From positions 761,006 to 825,005 of the forward strand of contig JAWQFM010000006.1 in assembly GCA_033442325.1 (NCBI GenBank): a stretch of 64,000 nt of DNA, written 5' to 3'. The position numbers and the translations under genes are program-made. The notes under the pieces are model-generated. The model was given only the letters and a program-made list of their open reading frames with translations. It did no database searches and was not told the origin of the DNA. The stretch comes from Salpingoeca rosetta (lineage: Eukaryota > Protista > Choanoflagellata). This document shows, in pieces, positions 58,779 to 64,000 of the stretch; within the stretch, counting starts at the first letter, position 1, and every line of letters starts with the position of its first letter.

Positions 58779-59303
58779 CGCCCCCCTCCACACAAACACA
58801 CACTCTCTCACCTGCTTTTGCATCAAGGTCATCGAGCTTCTCGCCGCGCTCAATGACTTTGGTCAAGTTGTCACGCATGACATTTTGGACCTGGAAACAG
58901 CCAGGCATCCAAAGCGTTAGTGGATGTGGAGCAGCGTGGTCGAGGTAGCGTGGCAGCAAAGGCGCACCACTCCAACAGCCACACTTTTTTGTATGTTGTT
59001 GTGACTGGGAAGCGAAGCCTGCGCATCATTCACAGCGCAAAACGCCAAAACCAGAATCCGTGTTGTCCGAATACGCGGAACGATGATGAAGATCTCACCT
59101 CGCCCACTTGACGCTGCGCCTCCTGCAGCCTGTAGTCGCCCGTGCGGTTCGCTTCCCTGCATTCAACAACGCACAGCACACCGAGTGAGCATTGACGTGG
59201 CGTCAGTCCTCGCTCGCATGGCTGGTCAGTCGCACCAGCATCGAAAACGCACAACAAGACCAAAGTGCACAGCGTCAACAAACACAAACACAAACACGTG
59301 CAT
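57750..59303 (-). CDS. VAMP: Synaptobrevin/VAMP R-SNARE, 96 aa; exons 59303-59302, 59156-59099, 58890-58812, 58464-58385, 58061-58007, 57766-57750
   Basis: RLQEAQRQVGE|VQNVMRDNLTKVIERGEKLDDLDAKA|EDLEAEGQRFQNRAGRLRRQMWWQNKR|NQLLIGGVILAIIAVIVI|IVATR*: zero-layer Arg, WW motif and TM anchor, no longin domain. Confidence 0.95.
58529..58722. repeat. Intronic direct repeat with 150-bp period (ACGTACGCACAAAGGGTCGCTTCCATACACGCACATGC x2)
   Basis: Copies at ~58531 and ~58681. Confidence 0.85.
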
Positions 59304-59791
59304 TGTTGCGTGTTCTTGTTGCCGTGTCTTCTTCTTGCCCGATGCGCGCGTTGAGATCTCTAAGAGACGCAAAAGGGCAGAGGGTGATACAGAGTGCGAC
59401 GGATACACACACACACACACATACACACACAGGACAAACAACTCAAGATGAGACGGACGAGCAGAGCAAGCATGCACCACACCACACCACACCACACCAC
59501 CCCGCACCTTGCTTCTTGGCGTGGTGTGTTTTGTCCTTCCTGGATCGCTTTGCAAATTGCAGACCGCCCAAATTTGTCTGCGCAATTGGAAAATCACCAC
59601 GTGTTGCGCGCTCTCACACAAAAAGCAAGAGGAAAAAGCACAAGAAGGCACACAAGACACACCATTCACTCGCTCGCGTGCACGCGTGTTCCTATCCTGA
59701 TCCACGACCACCACGACCACCACACACACACACGCACACACGCACACACACATATACCCCCACGCAAGGTTTCACACAGATCACACAGAAG

Positions 59792-62700
59792 ATGAAGCCT
59801 GGTATTGGCATCAGCGTTGGCGGAAGCACCGCCGTTGTCGCAGTGTGCTCGGTGCGTATGCTGTGATGCGATTGACACGTGCGCATCCGCTCGTGTGCTT
59901 GAGGTTGTGACAAGTGGCATTCGTAACTGTATGATGTGTGTGGGTATGTATGTGTGTGCTTGGGCGTGTGGTTCTCAGCACTGAGGTTCAGTTTGTTCCC
60001 TCAATCAGTCACACACACACAATCACACATACACACTCATACACACACTCATACACTCACACACACACATGTACTCACACACATGTACTCACACACATGT
60101 ACTCACACACACTCCCCCCATCTCCCCCCTCTTTCCCTTCCCTCTCGCTCACTCACACACACTCATCCCACACCTCTCAACGCTCCCTGTGCTGAAATAC
60201 AACAATGATAGGATAACCGAGCCGATGTCGTGGCAAACGCTGCTGGTCAGCGTGGCACACCCTGTATTGTGTCCTTCCACGACAACGAAGAGCTCGTCGG
60301 CGCTCCCGCAAAGCAGCGTATGGTGCGCAACTTCAGATCAACCATCGTCAGACCATCCACCTTCCTCGGCAGGAAGTGAGTGTGATCCGTGCTTCCCTGT
60401 ACACGCGTCTGTGTGATTGTGTTGTGTGTGCTCAACAAGTAATGCTGTAATGATATCGGTGGCCATCTCATATCTTGCTTCTGCCATGGTGCCTTTCAGA
60501 TTCAGCGACGCAGCCACCCAAGAACTGTGCAAGGAGCTCAAGTATGCACCCATCGTGGAGAGCAAGGTGTGCTTCTTGTCACGTGCAAATCCCGTGTCTA
60601 CGTGCACGTGTATGTGTGCTGTGCATGTGTCTGTGTGTGAAATTGTGTGTATTTTGTGGATGGATCCCTTTGTGTCTGTGCGTGTGTGAAATTGTGTGTC
60701 TATGTGTACGTTTGCACAATTGCGTATGTGTGTGATCATGCGTCTGCGCCTGCCATATCTAAATGCGCACGGCGCTTACTAACATCGCGCTTGGTGTGCC
60801 TGTGTGTGCCATCGTATCAGGACGGAGCCGTTGGCTTTCAGATTGGCGAGTCCAAGGTCTACGAGTGCACCGAGATTGTTTCCCACATCCTCAAGGAGGC
60901 AAAGGCCACGGCGCAGACACAGGTACCGTCAGCACCCCCTAGCACACACACACACACGCGCACACACACACACAACACAAAGCGTGTTTGTCTCAGTTGC
61001 GTTTTGTGCATCAGCGCATGCCGTTTGGTTTCGTGTTTTGGTTGAAACAAGTGGTACCACTACCTTCAGTTTCTGTGTGGCTCATGCACGCGGGCGATGT
61101 GTCACCGCCACCACCCCATCGAATCGTGTGCTGTTGCAGGTGCAAGATCTGCCTGGTGTCGTCATTACCGTTCCGCTTGACGCAACAGAGGCGTGGAAGA
61201 CTGACATGCGGTAAGTTTCGCAGAGTACCACATTACATGTGCATCTGCATGTGTTGTCATGATTTGTGCCGTTTTCGCTCCTCGTGTTTTTGTGTGCTTG
61301 TTAACCACGACAACCACTTCAACTGGAGCAACCTTTTCGCACACGCTAGCACCTCGACGGCGTCACGCAACACAATCTCACCCCGCAAACACACACCACA
61401 CCAACACCACCATCACCACCACCACCACCCTGTGCTCCTCCTCCCCCCCCTCTCCACCCCACCACCACCACCCAAGGCGCGCGTGCAAGCTCGCTGGGCT
61501 GCATGTGTCGCGGTTCATCTCTGAGCCCGCGGCGGCGCTGATGGCGTACGACATTGAGCAGGACCCGGAGAGCCACAGCCACGTCGCCTCCCTCAACCTC
61601 GTCATTGACGTCGGCGGTTCACGGGTACGGCGTTTGTTTGTTTGTTTGTTTGTTTGTTTGTTTGTTTGTTTGTTTGTTTGTTTGTTTGTTTGTTTGTTTG
61701 TTTGTTGTGTGTTTGTTTGTGTGTGTTTGTTTGTGTGTGTTTGTTTGTTTGTTTCTCTACGTGGGCTGTCCGTGTTGATCTTGATCTTTCCACCTTGCGT
61801 CATGCGCCTGCGATTGTCCCAATCCCTCACGCCTCTCACTGACATGCAAACAAACAAACAAACAACCACGTGCGTCTGGTGGGATCAGACGACGATGGCT
61901 GTTGTGCAGTCGACTGCTGGCCTTTTTGAGGTACTGGACTCCCGGTCCACACGCGACGTTTCTGGCGACAAATACGATGACGTCACCGTCTCCATCCTCG
62001 CAAACGAGTTCAAGAAGTGAGCACGCACCCCTCATGCTGCCTCTCATTGCTGTAGTTTGCTGTGTGTCTGTGTGCGTGTGTATGTGTGTCTGTGCTTATC
62101 TTCTGTCTGTCAGCCTGTGTGTGTGCGTGCGTGCGTGCGTGTATGTGTGTGTGTGTTTGTCTTTTGTCTGTGAGCCCGCGTGCGTGCGTGGGTGCGTGCG
62201 TGCGTGCATGCGTGCGTGCCTGCCTGCGTGCGTGCCTGCCTGCGTGCGTGCCTGCGTGTCTCGCCGCCCCTCGTGCAAACCACTTCACACTCACAATACC
62301 CCCCCCCCTCTCTGTACTGCTGCGTGTTCGCCTGTGCCAGGAAAACGCGCATGGACGTGACTGACGAGAAGCGTTCCATGCTGAAGCTGAAAACCGCCGC
62401 CGATACAGTGAAAAAAACGCTCTCGGTCACAGAGACGGCCATTGCGTCCGTCGAGTCGCTCTTTGAAGGAATGGATCTCCACTGCTCCGTGCAGCGGTGA
62501 GGCTGCTCGCGTTGCATTGTGCTTGTTTGATTCTTTGATTGTTGGGGTTTGTGTTTGGGATTGGTGTTTGTTGGTTCGGATTGAGTAGTGAGCCCTTCAA
62601 CGTGCGTTTGGACCCTGCGTCTCCAGATGCACACCCTCCTTTGACTCGCGCACACTCACCCCTCTCCACCTCCATCATTCCACGACTGATGGTGTTGGCG

Positions 62701-62953
62701 TGTGCTCGTGTGTGCAGTGCGCGGTTTGAGGGCCTCTCTGGCGCCATCACCCGCAAGTTTGTTGGCATGATCGACGAGCTGCTGAAGTCGTGCGGCATCA
62801 CCGCCAATGACATCACAACGGTACACGCACCACCACCATCTCATGTCGCTCTCGTATTGGTGCGGTGGCAACAGTGGGGACAAACAGTCACTCCTTCTTC
62901 TCCCAACACGGTCTGACTTTATTCCAATCCCATTGTCTCATCCGCTCATCCCT

Positions 62954-62987
<34 letters not shown>

Positions 62988-64000
62988 CACGCACGCACAC
63001 GCACGCACGCACACATATCCCATCCCGCTGCCCGTCAACCCCATTGCAGGTGCTGCTTCATGGCGGCTGCTCGCAACTGCTGACCATCCGCCGCGCCGTG
63101 GAGAGCAAGTTCCCCGATCGCGTGCGCACACACATCCCCGGCAGCGACGTGGTGGCGATTGGGGCCGCAAAGGAAGGCTTTGCTGTTGCGCTTCGCCACA
63201 GCCACGCCAACACACGGGAGGACAGTCTCACGGACGCGTGCACACTTGAGGCCGACGGACTGGCAAAGGCCATCGCCGTCATGATGGGCCCAACGCAACA
63301 CAAGGTTGGCTCGCTGCTCTGTGTTGTGTTGTGTGTGTGTGTGTATGTATGCATGTGTGTGTATGTATGTGTGTGTGAATTGAAATGCATTTTCATTCCT
63401 TCCTCTCCCTAAGCTCACATTCTGCCCCCTCCCTCGCCCCCCCCCCTCGTGCTCCGACTGCCAACAGGTGCTGCTGCCCAAGGGAACACCGGTTCCAATC
63501 CGTGCAACATTCCCGCTCGCCTGCCAACCGGGCGCTACCTCCATGCACGTGGTACGACCAAGTACAAATCTGCCTGGTCGCTTGGGTTGTTTGGGCTGAT
63601 TTGATGATTCATTCATTCATTCAGTCCTTCATTCATTCATTCATTCAGTCCTTCGTTTGTTCATGTGTTCGTGTGTTCCTTCGTTTGTTCGTGTGTTCCT
63701 TCGTTTGTTCGTGCGTTTATGCATGCGTTCGTGTGCTCGTTCGCGCGTTTACTTGTGCGTTTGCGTTCTTTGTTTCTGTTGTTTGTTGTTTGTTGTTTGT
63801 TGTTTGTTCAACCACTCCCTTCTTCATCCATGTCTGCTGCGCCAACTACCTACCCCTCACACCACCGCCCCCTCCCCCTAATTGCGTGTGCACCAACAGG
63901 TGCTGGGCGAGGTTGATGGTGACGCCGTGAAGGAGGTTGCTCGCTTCGGGCTCAAGGACCTCGATGCATCCAAGGAGGGTGCGGCCCACACTAAACTCAC
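59792..64000 (+). CDS. HSPA14: Atypical Hsp70 HSPA14 (ribosome-associated complex subunit), 3'-partial
   Basis: MKPGIGISVGGSTAVVAVCS|DNRADVVANAAGQRGTPCIVSFHDNEELVGAPAKQRMVRN; VVITVP; FISEPAAALMAYDIEQD; VIDVGGS; MLKLKTAADTVKKTLS...VESLFEGMDLHCSVQR|ARFE. Lacks the canonical GIDLGTT and matches the recalled HSPA14 pattern. Confidence 0.85.

Overview
Intron-rich eukaryotic genomic DNA, most likely the choanoflagellate Salpingoeca rosetta (inferred from GC-rich exons, ~150-400 bp introns full of (GT)n/(CA)n and holozoan-type proteins), with four N-gaps and two probable assembly duplications. Most ORFs in the supplied track are microsatellite artefacts, so genes were rebuilt by hand from splice sites and protein families were recognised from memory, not by database search. 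In order: UTP20 fragment (+); RLE non-LTR retrotransposon fragment (-); motor-less myosin-VII-type MyTH4-FERM-SH3 gene (+); coiled-coil-FYVE-PDZ gene (+); mitochondrial citrate synthase (+); ABCC5-like transporter lacking TMD1 (+); GIGYF (+); an orphan AT-hook-like/RAMA-like/coiled-coil gene (-); ABCF2 (+); TRM13 (-); a 131-aa possible LIN52-like gene (+); SF3B4 (-); synaptobrevin/VAMP (-); HSPA14 (+, runs off the window). Best leads: the RAMA-like putative modified-DNA reader, a recurring 5'-(GT)n...(CA)n-3' intron architecture, insertions and gene breaks at (GT/CA)n tracts, the headless myosin VII, the LIN52-like protein and a probable GC-AG intron splitting the synaptobrevin start codon.
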